NCBI GenBank assembly: GCA_031273705.1
Contig: JAISRJ010000137.1
Span: forward strand, 1 to 30,331
Length of the DNA: 30,331 nucleotides
Source: Clostridiales bacterium
GTDB taxonomy: Bacteria > Bacillota > Clostridia > Lachnospirales > WQUN01
Reading direction: 5' to 3'
Below, in pieces: positions 17,103-25,896 of the stretch. Every line of letters starts with the position of its first letter. The first letter of the stretch is position 1. Under the pieces are notes generated by a model. The model was given only the letters and a program-made list of their open reading frames with translations, did not search any database and was not told the origin of the DNA. Position numbers and translations under genes: made by a program.

Positions 17103-18296
17103 ATGGAGAAGATAAATATTCTTATCGCTGATTTAGACATCCATTACACTTCTAATCTTGAGCGTTTTCTTCGCAAAAACTACGCCGATAAATTCAATAT
17201 ATGCGTAAAAAATTCCATCGACGAAATTCTTAAATTCGTTAATACCTCCCCTTTAAAATTAGATATACTGCTTGCGTCTCCTGAATTGTTGACAGAAGTC
17301 ACCCTAAAATTCGCGGAGCTTACGTTGGTGTTATCCGCCGGACTTATACCTATTCAATTGGAAAAATATCACACGGTAAAGAAATTACAGGACGGCGACA
17401 GCATTGTTAAAACAGTTTTGCAAGAATATAATGAGGTTATAAAAAACAGGAGTGTCTTTTCTAATCCGCACATGCCGGCCAAGGAAAAAAATATACCTAA
17501 AACGGTGAGTAAACGAGAAATTATAAATTCCAGCTATGTGCAGAAAATTCAAGAAATCGCTAATAGCGAGCCAACCGGAGAACCATCCAAAACCGTTAAT
17601 ATTTTAGGAGTATTTTCACCGGTCGGCGGAAGCGGTAAAACAACTATAGCAGCGCTGTTATCCCGTTTTTTCGCGGCAAACAAACCTACTCTGTTTTTTT
17701 CTCTGGAGCAATTACAATTTAGCGAACAAATTTTTAGCGGCGTTTCAAAATACAATCTTTCTGATTTCTTACAAGTAATACATAAACCGGATAAAGAAGT
17801 CATTGCCTATTTAGATAAGATACTTATTCACGATGCTCGGCTGGATGTAGATTTTATAAACAGCCCGCTTTCGTTTGCGGATTTGAACGTTATAAAACCT
17901 GAGATGTGGGAAAAACTTTTCAGGGCTTTAAGGTCATCTAAGCAATTTGAATACATCGTTGTGGATATGGGCGGACATATCAGCGACAAAAATCTGCGCG
18001 TTATGGAACTTTGCGATAAGATCATTGTGCCGGTAGTAGATGACAGATCTTCATTAATAAAAGTAAACCGTTTGATTCATGATCTTGCTCAGTTAAATAA
18101 CAAATCATTGCTTAATAGATTCCTTTACATTCAAAATAAATACAGAGGTTACCAACCTCATCAAGAGATTGAGATTTTTAGAAAACTGTCCTTTGAGGAA
18201 ACAAACGCCATAATGGATATCGGCGGCGAGGAAATCCTTCAAAGACCTATATGGCAAGATATCAGCAAATTGGGGGATATGTTATTAAGAAACTGA
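17103..18296 (+). CDS. CpaE/TadZ-like protein: N-terminal pseudo-receiver domain plus MinD/ParA-family ATPase
   Basis: 397 aa. Receiver-like start ILIADLD with no phosphoacceptor Asp (DILLASP). Walker A GVFSPVGGSGKTT lacks the ParA signature Lys. Walker B-like YIVVDMG. Confidence 0.75.
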   Translation: MEKINILIADLDIHYTSNLERFLRKNYADKFNICVKNSIDEILKFVNTSPLKLDILLASPELLTEVTLKFAELTLVLSAGLIPIQLEKYHTVKKLQDGDSIVKTVLQEYNEVIKNRSVFSNPHMPAKEKNIPKTVSKREIINSSYVQKIQEIANSEPTGEPSKTVNILGVFSPVGGSGKTTIAALLSRFFAANKPTLFFSLEQLQFSEQIFSGVSKYNLSDFLQVIHKPDKEVIAYLDKILIHDARLDVDFINSPLSFADLNVIKPEMWEKLFRALRSSKQFEYIVVDMGGHISDKNLRVMELCDKIIVPVVDDRSSLIKVNRLIHDLAQLNNKSLLNRFLYIQNKYRGYQPHQEIEIFRKLSFEETNAIMDIGGEEILQRPIWQDISKLGDMLLRN

Positions 18297-18310
18297 TGGA
18301 GGCGCTGCCT

Positions 18311-19708
18311 ATGTATGATATAAAGGCTTCTCAGCGAGTGGATCTTTCGGGCGCGTATTTGGTGATTGCGCTTAAAGGCACCCCGTTAATCACTTATCAA
18401 GAGGATATGTTGAAAGAGAATAAACTAAATGGATACTTAGATGTTAATTCCAAATATGAGCGCGGCGGATACAATATATATTATAAAATCAACGATTACA
18501 AGCCGCTATCCAAGGCTTTGCAAAAATATCTGCCGCTTAGCGATTTTTGGAAAATTGTAGATTCGATTTTAGACGCTATGATAGATCGCGATAAATATTT
18601 CTTGTCGGAGAACTCCTTGATCTTACATCAAGACTACATTTTCATGCGAAATACCAGCGACATAAAGTTTGTTTATCTACCCACGAAAATTATGGAGGAC
18701 GCGAACGATACGTTAAAGAAGTTAATTTCATGGTTGCTTGAGAAGTTAGATATTCGTTTTCTTAGCGTGGCTTCTCCTGTGGAGGAGACGCTGAACAAAA
18801 CATACATTGCTCCTATGCAATTAAAAGACGAGATTAAAAAGCTTCGAGAGAATTTTGTGGACAATACTACATTATTATCCCAAATGGTTGTAGAAACGTT
18901 AGCGGAGCGGCAAGAGCAAGATATCGTTTCCCCCACCGAAAAAGATACTCTTTCCTCGAAAAACACAGCTCCCTCATTTAAAAAAAATTCGTATATTTAC
19001 ACAGAGAACAACACCTCTAGTCATTCAAGATATAATACATTCAGCGGCACGGATGAATTCACTATTCCTCCCGCCGGAAAGAATGTATTTGTTCCCGATG
19101 AAAGAAACACGTCCGCTTCTATTAAAAATCAATCGATATTCTCTATATTATCTTCCAGAAGTCAAAATGAAAATAGCCCCGAGACTAAATCAAACAGTCC
19201 CGCCGTGGATCTGACAACCGCCGTAGATACTGAAATCCGTGACGCGACTACAGCCCCGTTATATAAAAAATCCCCGTCCGAAACCCAACCTGCCCAACAT
19301 TATTATACTGCCCCGCCGCAAACGCCTCAGTCCGATCCACCTCAAACTGCCCAGCCGATAGACGTCACTCCCCTCACCTCACCTACACAGCTAAAATCAA
19401 AAAACGCTGTTCTTATCCCAAAGAACGCGGCAAACACCACGTCTGTTTGCATAGACAAACCCAGCTTTACGGTCGGTTGGCTGGAACATTCAGATTTAGT
19501 AATCTTTGAATTTGGGATAGACCGTTCCCACGCGGAATTTACTTTTGATGGAGTTAATTTGCGTCTAATAGATAAAAATTCTAAAGCAGGTACATATGTA
19601 AACGGTGATCGATTAAAAGCCAATGCACCGACGACTATAAAAGACGGCGACATAATCGCGTTTTATAATTCGGAATATACTTTAAAGATAAGCGACAGAA
19701 ACGATTAA
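18311..19708 (+). CDS. DUF6382 (kinase-like, probably inactive) plus Ser/Thr/Pro-rich linker plus degenerate FHA domain
   Basis: Start re-called to ATG 18311 (GGAGG at 18298-18302), giving 465 aa. N-terminus YQEDMLKENKLNGYL...IYYKI...LIL..DYIF...FVYLP matches DUF6382 as I recall it. C-terminal FHA fold (D.VI...I.RSHA.F...L.D.NS..GTYVNG.RL...I.DGD.I.F). Confidence 0.7.
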   Translation: MYDIKASQRVDLSGAYLVIALKGTPLITYQEDMLKENKLNGYLDVNSKYERGGYNIYYKINDYKPLSKALQKYLPLSDFWKIVDSILDAMIDRDKYFLSENSLILHQDYIFMRNTSDIKFVYLPTKIMEDANDTLKKLISWLLEKLDIRFLSVASPVEETLNKTYIAPMQLKDEIKKLRENFVDNTTLLSQMVVETLAERQEQDIVSPTEKDTLSSKNTAPSFKKNSYIYTENNTSSHSRYNTFSGTDEFTIPPAGKNVFVPDERNTSASIKNQSIFSILSSRSQNENSPETKSNSPAVDLTTAVDTEIRDATTAPLYKKSPSETQPAQHYYTAPPQTPQSDPPQTAQPIDVTPLTSPTQLKSKNAVLIPKNAANTTSVCIDKPSFTVGWLEHSDLVIFEFGIDRSHAEFTFDGVNLRLIDKNSKAGTYVNGDRLKANAPTTIKDGDIIAFYNSEYTLKISDRND

Positions 19709-19723
19709 AGAGTTGACAGTTCG

Positions 19724-19755
19724 GCGTAAACAGTGGATGTGCGTAAACAGTGGAT
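19724..19755. repeat. 2 x 15-bp direct repeat GCGTAAACAGTGGAT (period 17)
   Basis: Exact copies at 19724-19738 and 19741-19755; the second touches the rpsT -35. Confidence 0.9.
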
Positions 19756-19783
19756 TGACTTGCCTTGTCACCTTTGTTATAAT
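19755..19783 (+). promoter_or_regulatory. SigA promoter for rpsT
   Basis: TTGACT-N17-TATAAT with an extended -10 TG. Confidence 0.8.
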
Positions 19784-19825
19784 AACGTCTGGTTATGAAA
19801 CGTCTAGTTATTAGGAGGTGAAACG

Positions 19826-20089
19826 TTGGCAAATATTAAATCCGCTAAAAAGCGAATTAAGGTTATTCAAAAAAAGACACTGCGTAACCGCATTGTAAAA
19901 TCCAGCACCAAGACCGCCGTTAAGAAAGTAAGAGCCGCTCTTGCTCAAGGTGATAAATCCAATACCGAGGAAGCTTTCCGCAATGCCGTGTCGGCTATCG
20001 ATAAAGCGGTGTCTAAGGGTGTTTATCACAAAAACACCGCCGCCCGCAAGAAATCACGCCTTGCGAAGCGGATTCACAAAATCGCGTAA
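19826..20089 (+). CDS. rpsT: 30S ribosomal protein S20
   Basis: 87 aa, TTG start with AGGAGGTG. ANIKSAKKRI, KGVYHKNTAARKKSRL. Confidence 0.98.
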   Translation: MANIKSAKKRIKVIQKKTLRNRIVKSSTKTAVKKVRAALAQGDKSNTEEAFRNAVSAIDKAVSKGVYHKNTAARKKSRLAKRIHKIA

Positions 20090-20110
20090 GGTAAAAACGA
20101 ATACGCTCCA

Positions 20111-20154
20111 AATGTAACCTCTTCATTTTGCGATGAAGAGGTTACATTAATTTT
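20111..20154 (+). terminator. Intrinsic terminator after rpsT
   Basis: Perfect 16-bp stem AATGTAACCTCTTCAT-TTTGCG-ATGAAGAGGTTACATT followed by AATTTT. Confidence 0.8.
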
Positions 20155-20243
20155 CGACGATTTTACTGATCCCGCAACTTCGAAAACACCTACTTGTTTT
20201 TTTTGTCATTTTACTTTATCATAATATTAACGGAGTGGAACTT

Positions 20244-21266
20244 ATGAAAACTCATGATTTTTTCTATGACTTGCCCCGCAATTTAATAGCCCAAACACCG
20301 ACGGAGGATCGTTCCGCTTCGCGTTTGATGGTTCTGGATAAACACACGGGAAAATTTGAACATAAACATTTTTCTGATATTATTGATTACCTTTCACCAC
20401 ATGACTGTTTGGTTATTAATGACACAAGAGTCATACCGGCAAGACTGATTGGGCAAAGGCGGACGGGCGGACACGCGGAGTTGCTGCTGCTTACCCGCAA
20501 AGACGAAAAAACTTGGGAAGCTCTTGCGAAGCCGGGCAGAAAGATTCGTATCGGTGATGAAATAAATTTTGGAACACGGCAATTAACCGCCAAGGTCATA
20601 GATATTCTTGAGGATGGTAAGAGACTGATCTCTTTCTCATACGAGGGTATCTTTGAGGAAGTTCTCGACCTGCTGGGAGAAACCCCTCTCCCACCGTATA
20701 TTACTCAAAAACTTTCGGACAAAACCCGATACCAAACAGTTTATGCCGTAAAAGATGGTTCCGCCGCCGCCCCGACAGCCGGATTACATTTTACGCAAGA
20801 ATTATTACGGCAGCTGGAGCAAAAAGGCGTGAAGATAGCAAAATTAACTCTGCATATTGGTTTAGGCACATTTCGACCAGTTAAGACGGACGACATATTG
20901 AAACATAAGATGCACTCGGAATATTATGAAATATCTCCCCGCGTCTCCGATATAATTAACGACACGCGAAACCGCGGCGGACGAATAATCGCCGTGGGAA
21001 CCACCAGTTGCCGCGCGTTGGAAAGCGCCCGCGACGGCAAAAAAGTTCATCCTTCATCCGGCTGGACAGATATTTTTATTTATCCGGGTTATAAATTTAA
21101 AGTCATAGACGGGCTTATAACCAATTTTCATCTGCCTGAATCGACACTGCTTATGCTGGTGTCGGCGCTCGCGGGTCGTGAGCGTATCCTCACGGCTTAC
21201 CAAGCCGCCGTTAATGAAAAATATAGATTCTTTAGCTTCGGCGACGCAATGTTCATTCTACCCTAA
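20244..21266 (+). CDS. queA: S-adenosylmethionine:tRNA ribosyltransferase-isomerase
   Basis: [85 protein letters not shown] 20244 preferred over GTG 20235. Confidence 0.97.
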   Translation: MKTHDFFYDLPRNLIAQTPTEDRSASRLMVLDKHTGKFEHKHFSDIIDYLSPHDCLVINDTRVIPARLIGQRRTGGHAELLLLTRKDEKTWEALAKPGRKIRIGDEINFGTRQLTAKVIDILEDGKRLISFSYEGIFEEVLDLLGETPLPPYITQKLSDKTRYQTVYAVKDGSAAAPTAGLHFTQELLRQLEQKGVKIAKLTLHIGLGTFRPVKTDDILKHKMHSEYYEISPRVSDIINDTRNRGGRIIAVGTTSCRALESARDGKKVHPSSGWTDIFIYPGYKFKVIDGLITNFHLPESTLLMLVSALAGRERILTAYQAAVNEKYRFFSFGDAMFILP

Positions 21267-21350
21267 CTAAGACTTCTCAACTTGATAATTGCATTAATAT
21301 ATTCACTGGTAAGCAAGAAGTAAATTCCTTTTTTATTTTGAGGTGATGTT

Positions 21351-22199
21351 TTGTATAAGATGGCGCTGTTGGATATAGATGGAACTACTGTCACGCCGCT
21401 AAAGAGTGTTACGCGCAAGACAAAACAAGTTATTCATCGTATGATAGATAATGGGATTATCGTTTGTATTTGCACGGGGCGAAACGTCGCCAGCACTTTG
21501 CCTGTCGCCAAAAGTTTGGGATTAACAACCCCGTGCATGTGCATAGACGGTATGATTATGTATGACCCTCCTCAAAAAAAAGTAATCTATGAAAGTAAAC
21601 TGCCCAATACTGTAATGCGCGACGTACTTAGCATTGTACATCGGTACAATGTAAACATAGAAGTTATTACCAATAAATACTATTATTGGTATTTACATAG
21701 TAAAGAGATTCGTGGCTACGATTTCTATACACAAAATAGTAACTCACTTGCAATTAGGCTCGGTTCATTGTTCTATAAATATATGTTTGGCGTGCGTAAT
21801 ATTGCGAATTTGGATCGATTTTTTACAGATAACGACCAAATCTACGAGATTGTCGCCATAGGCGATCCTTCGCAAACAGACAGCATAAAAAAAGATCTTT
21901 CAGATCACTCTAATAAAGACATATTAACGCGGATGTTATGGCAAAACCAACTCTTCATAACAGCTAAAGACGTGGGTAAATCGCACGGACTGCGAATTTT
22001 ATGCGAGCATTTTAATATTTCGTCAGACGAGGTAGTTGCTATCGGCGACGACGATAATGATATAGATATGCTTAAAATGGCGGGGGTGGGCGTCGCTATG
22101 GGCAATGCCAGTGACGAGGTTAAAGCCTGCGCGGACTATGTAACATTATCCAATAACGAGGATGGCGCCGCCGTGGCTCTGGAGGAATTGTTTTTGTGA
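21351..22199 (+). CDS. Cof-type HAD-IIB family hydrolase
   Basis: 282 aa, TTG start with GAGGTG. Motifs DIDGT, CTGR, K and GDDDNDIDML; C-terminal ADYVTLSNNEDGAA. Confidence 0.92.
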   Translation: MYKMALLDIDGTTVTPLKSVTRKTKQVIHRMIDNGIIVCICTGRNVASTLPVAKSLGLTTPCMCIDGMIMYDPPQKKVIYESKLPNTVMRDVLSIVHRYNVNIEVITNKYYYWYLHSKEIRGYDFYTQNSNSLAIRLGSLFYKYMFGVRNIANLDRFFTDNDQIYEIVAIGDPSQTDSIKKDLSDHSNKDILTRMLWQNQLFITAKDVGKSHGLRILCEHFNISSDEVVAIGDDDNDIDMLKMAGVGVAMGNASDEVKACADYVTLSNNEDGAAVALEELFL

Positions 22200-22900
22200 G
22201 CGAATTTGTTAGTTTTGAGCACGTGTATAAACGATATAAAATGGGCGAAATAACCGTCGCCGCTCTTAACGATGTTTCTTTTGAGATTTCTCGCGGAGAA
22301 TTCGCCGTTATAGTCGGCGCGAGCGGCGCCGGTAAATCTACGGCTCTTAATATTCTGGGCGGCATGGATACCGGTGACGAAGGCAAAATAATAGTAGATG
22401 GGCAGAATGTTCACGAATATAAGAGAAAACAATTGATTGCTTATCGAAGATATGACGTTGGTTTCGTATTCCAATTCTATAACCTGATGCACAACCTAAC
22501 CGCGTTGGAAAATGTGGAATTGGCTACCCAAATAAGCAAGCAGCCCCTGGATCCCGCCGATGTAATGAAACATGTCGGTTTGGGTGATCGGCTGAACAAT
22601 TTTCCCTCTCAACTCTCAGGAGGCGAACAACAACGCGTTTCTATCGCCAGGGCATTGGCGAAAAATCCCAAACTGCTGCTCTGCGACGAGCCGACGGGTG
22701 CCTTGGATTATATAACGGGTAAAGAGGTGTTAAAATTGCTGCAGGATACTTGCAGGCAAGAAGGCATGACAGTAATTGTTATAACTCACAACCTGGCTAT
22801 AGCGCCGATGGCGGATAAAATTATAAAAATGAAAAACGGCAAAGTTTCGGACATTTCCATCAACTCCACGATCATTCCCGTAGAGCAGATCGAATGGTAG
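22196..22900 (+). CDS. ABC transporter ATP-binding protein (LolD/MacB type)
   Basis: 234 aa, GTG overlapping the HAD stop (GTGA). [38 protein letters not shown]-loop ITHN. Confidence 0.95.
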   Translation: MSEFVSFEHVYKRYKMGEITVAALNDVSFEISRGEFAVIVGASGAGKSTALNILGGMDTGDEGKIIVDGQNVHEYKRKQLIAYRRYDVGFVFQFYNLMHNLTALENVELATQISKQPLDPADVMKHVGLGDRLNNFPSQLSGGEQQRVSIARALAKNPKLLLCDEPTGALDYITGKEVLKLLQDTCRQEGMTVIVITHNLAIAPMADKIIKMKNGKVSDISINSTIIPVEQIEW

Positions 22901-22951
22901 CCGTGCCGAAAACAAGAATCCCAGTACGGCTAAGAAAGGCGGCGAAAAACA

Positions 22952-25888
22952 ATAAAACGCGCGCTGCGTAAAGATGTTTATAGAGAAATTCAACACACAT
23001 TCGGACGGTTTATTGGAATAATGATAATCGTCGCGCTGGGTGTTTCATTCTTTTCGGGATTAGGCGCAACTAGCGCAGATATGAAGATAACCGGCGACGA
23101 CTATTTTGACGAAAAGCAATTGATGGATATACATGTCATAAGTTCCTATGGCATAACGGACGACGATTTGGCGTCTATCGCGGCCGTTTCTGAAGTACAG
23201 TCCGTTTTCCCCGGTTACAATATGGATTCGCTGGCAGAGAATAATGGTTCTTCCTACGTTCTAAAGCTTCACAGCCTGACCGACGCCAACCGGCCCGAAC
23301 TGCTTAGCGGCAGAATGCCGGAAAAAGCCGGTGAAATTTTAATAGAGTCCGAGTTTTTGGGCAAGCAAATCGGCGACAGTTTTAAACTGAAGAGCGGCAA
23401 GGATGTTGACATTCGTCAAAACCTGCGTACAGACACATTTCGTGTCGTTGGCATTATTCGATCACCGTACTATATCTCCAAAGAACGCGGCTCGGGTTCT
23501 ATTGGCTCGGGTTCGGTAGACTATTATGCCTATCTTCATCCGGTTAACTTTCTCCAATCAGTTTATTCGGAAGCCTTTGTAAAGTTAAAAGGCGTTGATT
23601 CATTACTTTGTTTTTCTGACGCTTATAAGGATATAGTCGATGATATTGCCGATAAGATCGAATTGGTCGGCGACACGAGAGAAATAGAAAGATACCATGA
23701 ATTGACTAACGCCGCGTATGACAATCTTGAAGCGGCAAGAGCAAAGCTTGCCGCGCGAGAGGCGGAATTTAGAGAAACTATTTTAAAGAGTGAAGCGGAA
23801 TTACAGGCTTCGATTGCGGAATTGGACCAATCGGAATATGACATGCCGGTCAACCAAGCTTTAATTGATGAGGGTTTAAGGCAATTAGACGTACAGGAAG
23901 CGCAGATTCTCTCAGCTTTAAGAGATATTGACACCGCCGAGTTACAACCTGGCTTGCCTGCAGAAACTCTGGAAACGTTAATGAGTCAAAGGCAGTCGCT
24001 GCGCAATAGCCTGCTTATGATTGACGAATCGCGTAATGAATTGGAACAATCCAGATATAGTATGTTGGCGGGTAACTTGGAGCTTTTGCAAAACAGGCGG
24101 CTTTTGGAAGTTTCGTTAGCCGAACTGGAAATAACCCGCGCTGGTACAGAAGTTGAATTAATTCTCGCTCAAGAGGAGATTGAAGCCGCTCAAAAAGAAC
24201 TGAACGATTTAGAAACTCCCGAATGGTTTGTGTTGGATCGCGACTCTAACCCCGGCTACGCCAGTTATGATCAGGACACGGATAAAATCGGCGCTATCGC
24301 GCGGGTATTCCCACTGTTGTTTTTCTTAGTCGCCGCTCTGGTCAGCTTAACAACAATGACTCGATTAGTCGAAGAACGCCGTGTCGAAATCGGCGCCTTA
24401 AAATCACTGGGATACGGAAACATCAGCATTGTTTCCAAATATGTAGTCTATGCCGCCTCCCCTACTCTGTTTGGAGGTTTTTTGGGCGGATACTTTGGAA
24501 TGAAGTTTTATCCGGCTTTGATTATGGACGCTTATAGCATGTTGTACGCTCTCCCGCCTGCTCAAACACCGGTAAATTATACGTACTGGATAGTGGGTAC
24601 GGGCATTGCGTTTTTTTGTACGGTTTTTGCCGCTGTTTTCTCGTGTATGCGAGAATTAGGCGAAACGCCCGCGTCTTTAATGCGTCCGAAACCACCTAAG
24701 GCTGGCAAACGGACATTTTTTGAGCGTCTGACTTTTTTCTGGAAGCGTCTGTCGTTTACTTATAAAGTTACTATTAGGAATATTACGCGCTATAAAAAGC
24801 GCTTTTATATGACTGTTATAGGTATCGCGGGTTGTACGGCCTTGCTGGTCACGGCTTTTGGGCTTTTGGATTCTATATCGGCTGTTATGACGCTGCAATA
24901 TGGAGAAATTTGCCTATACGACATGTCAGTTACTTTTTCTAATACCGCGAAAAAACAAGATATAACGAAAGTCGGAGATATGCTTCAAAACGCGCGCGCC
25001 GAAGGATATTTAAAACTCTACGAAAAGACAATGGATGCCGTAGATATTGAAAATTTATATACAACCCGGCAAGTAACGCTGATTGTACCCGAGAACATAG
25101 AAAGTTTGAAGCAGTACATTGTATTTCGAGATCGGGTTACTCACGACCAGGTGCATCCCTCTGCCGATGGAGTAATTATAACTGAAAAAATTTCGCAGCT
25201 GCTGGGGCTAAGTCCAGGCGACTCTATTGTAATAAAAGAAGAGGACAAAAATCCTATAACGGCGACGGTTTCAGGTATTGTGGAAAATTATTTCTTCCAT
25301 TATGTTTATATGCCGCCAGAGCTATATGAAACCCTTTACCGTGAAGAATTGGAATATAATGCCATTTACGCCCTGCTAAATGATACGGATTCCAGACTTG
25401 CCAATGAAATTTTGGATAAAGCCGGCGTTAGTTCTCTCACATTTACTAAAAATACAAAAAACACTTTTGACGACACTATGGACAATATGAATTTTGTCGT
25501 GTTTGTGCTGATAGTATCAGCGGGCGCGCTGGCTTTTGTAGTCTTGTTGAATCTCAGCTCTATCAATATCAGCGAGCGAATGCGCGAACTTGCCACCATT
25601 GAGGTACTGGGGTTTTTTGATTCGGAAGTATCTAACTATATCTTCCGCGAAAGCGCGATATTAACCTTAATCGGTGCCTTGGCTGGTTTGGGATTGGGGG
25701 TCGGACTGCATTTATATGTTATTTTAACCGCGGAAACAGATATAGTAATGTTTGGTCGAACGATAAAATCAGCCAGCTTTATATATTCATTAGCTCTCAC
25801 CGTATTTTTCTCTGTATTTACGAATCTGTTCGCCAGTCGTAAGCTGAAAGAAATACAAATGGTAGAGGCGCTAAAAAGCGTGGAATAG
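22952..25888 (+). CDS. FtsX/MacB-type ABC permease with coiled-coil insert; proposed non-canonical ATA start at 22952 (first ATG at 23021)
   Basis: Frame is open from 22934. ATA-AAA-CGC-GCG-CTG-CGT-AAA-GAT reads (M)KRALRKDVYREIQHTFGRFIGIMIIVALGVSFFSG, the usual N-terminus of this family. SD AAAGGCGG lies 9 nt upstream. Two FtsX repeats (TTMTRLVEERRVEIGALKSLGY; NISERMRELATIEVLGF). Confidence 0.9.
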   Translation: MKRALRKDVYREIQHTFGRFIGIMIIVALGVSFFSGLGATSADMKITGDDYFDEKQLMDIHVISSYGITDDDLASIAAVSEVQSVFPGYNMDSLAENNGSSYVLKLHSLTDANRPELLSGRMPEKAGEILIESEFLGKQIGDSFKLKSGKDVDIRQNLRTDTFRVVGIIRSPYYISKERGSGSIGSGSVDYYAYLHPVNFLQSVYSEAFVKLKGVDSLLCFSDAYKDIVDDIADKIELVGDTREIERYHELTNAAYDNLEAARAKLAAREAEFRETILKSEAELQASIAELDQSEYDMPVNQALIDEGLRQLDVQEAQILSALRDIDTAELQPGLPAETLETLMSQRQSLRNSLLMIDESRNELEQSRYSMLAGNLELLQNRRLLEVSLAELEITRAGTEVELILAQEEIEAAQKELNDLETPEWFVLDRDSNPGYASYDQDTDKIGAIARVFPLLFFLVAALVSLTTMTRLVEERRVEIGALKSLGYGNISIVSKYVVYAASPTLFGGFLGGYFGMKFYPALIMDAYSMLYALPPAQTPVNYTYWIVGTGIAFFCTVFAAVFSCMRELGETPASLMRPKPPKAGKRTFFERLTFFWKRLSFTYKVTIRNITRYKKRFYMTVIGIAGCTALLVTAFGLLDSISAVMTLQYGEICLYDMSVTFSNTAKKQDITKVGDMLQNARAEGYLKLYEKTMDAVDIENLYTTRQVTLIVPENIESLKQYIVFRDRVTHDQVHPSADGVIITEKISQLLGLSPGDSIVIKEEDKNPITATVSGIVENYFFHYVYMPPELYETLYREELEYNAIYALLNDTDSRLANEILDKAGVSSLTFTKNTKNTFDDTMDNMNFVVFVLIVSAGALAFVVLLNLSSINISERMRELATIEVLGFFDSEVSNYIFRESAILTLIGALAGLGLGVGLHLYVILTAETDIVMFGRTIKSASFIYSLALTVFFSVFTNLFASRKLKEIQMVEALKSVE

Positions 25889-25896
25889 GAGAGGAT

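Noticed and set aside
18251-18310. ORF-track start for the DUF6382-FHA gene
   Set aside because: It would overlap the upstream gene by 46 bp with no SD; ATG 18311 has GGAGG at optimal spacing.
20149-20243. preQ1 riboswitch upstream of queA
   Set aside because: No AGAGGTTC..CCCTC hairpin with an A-rich tail is present.
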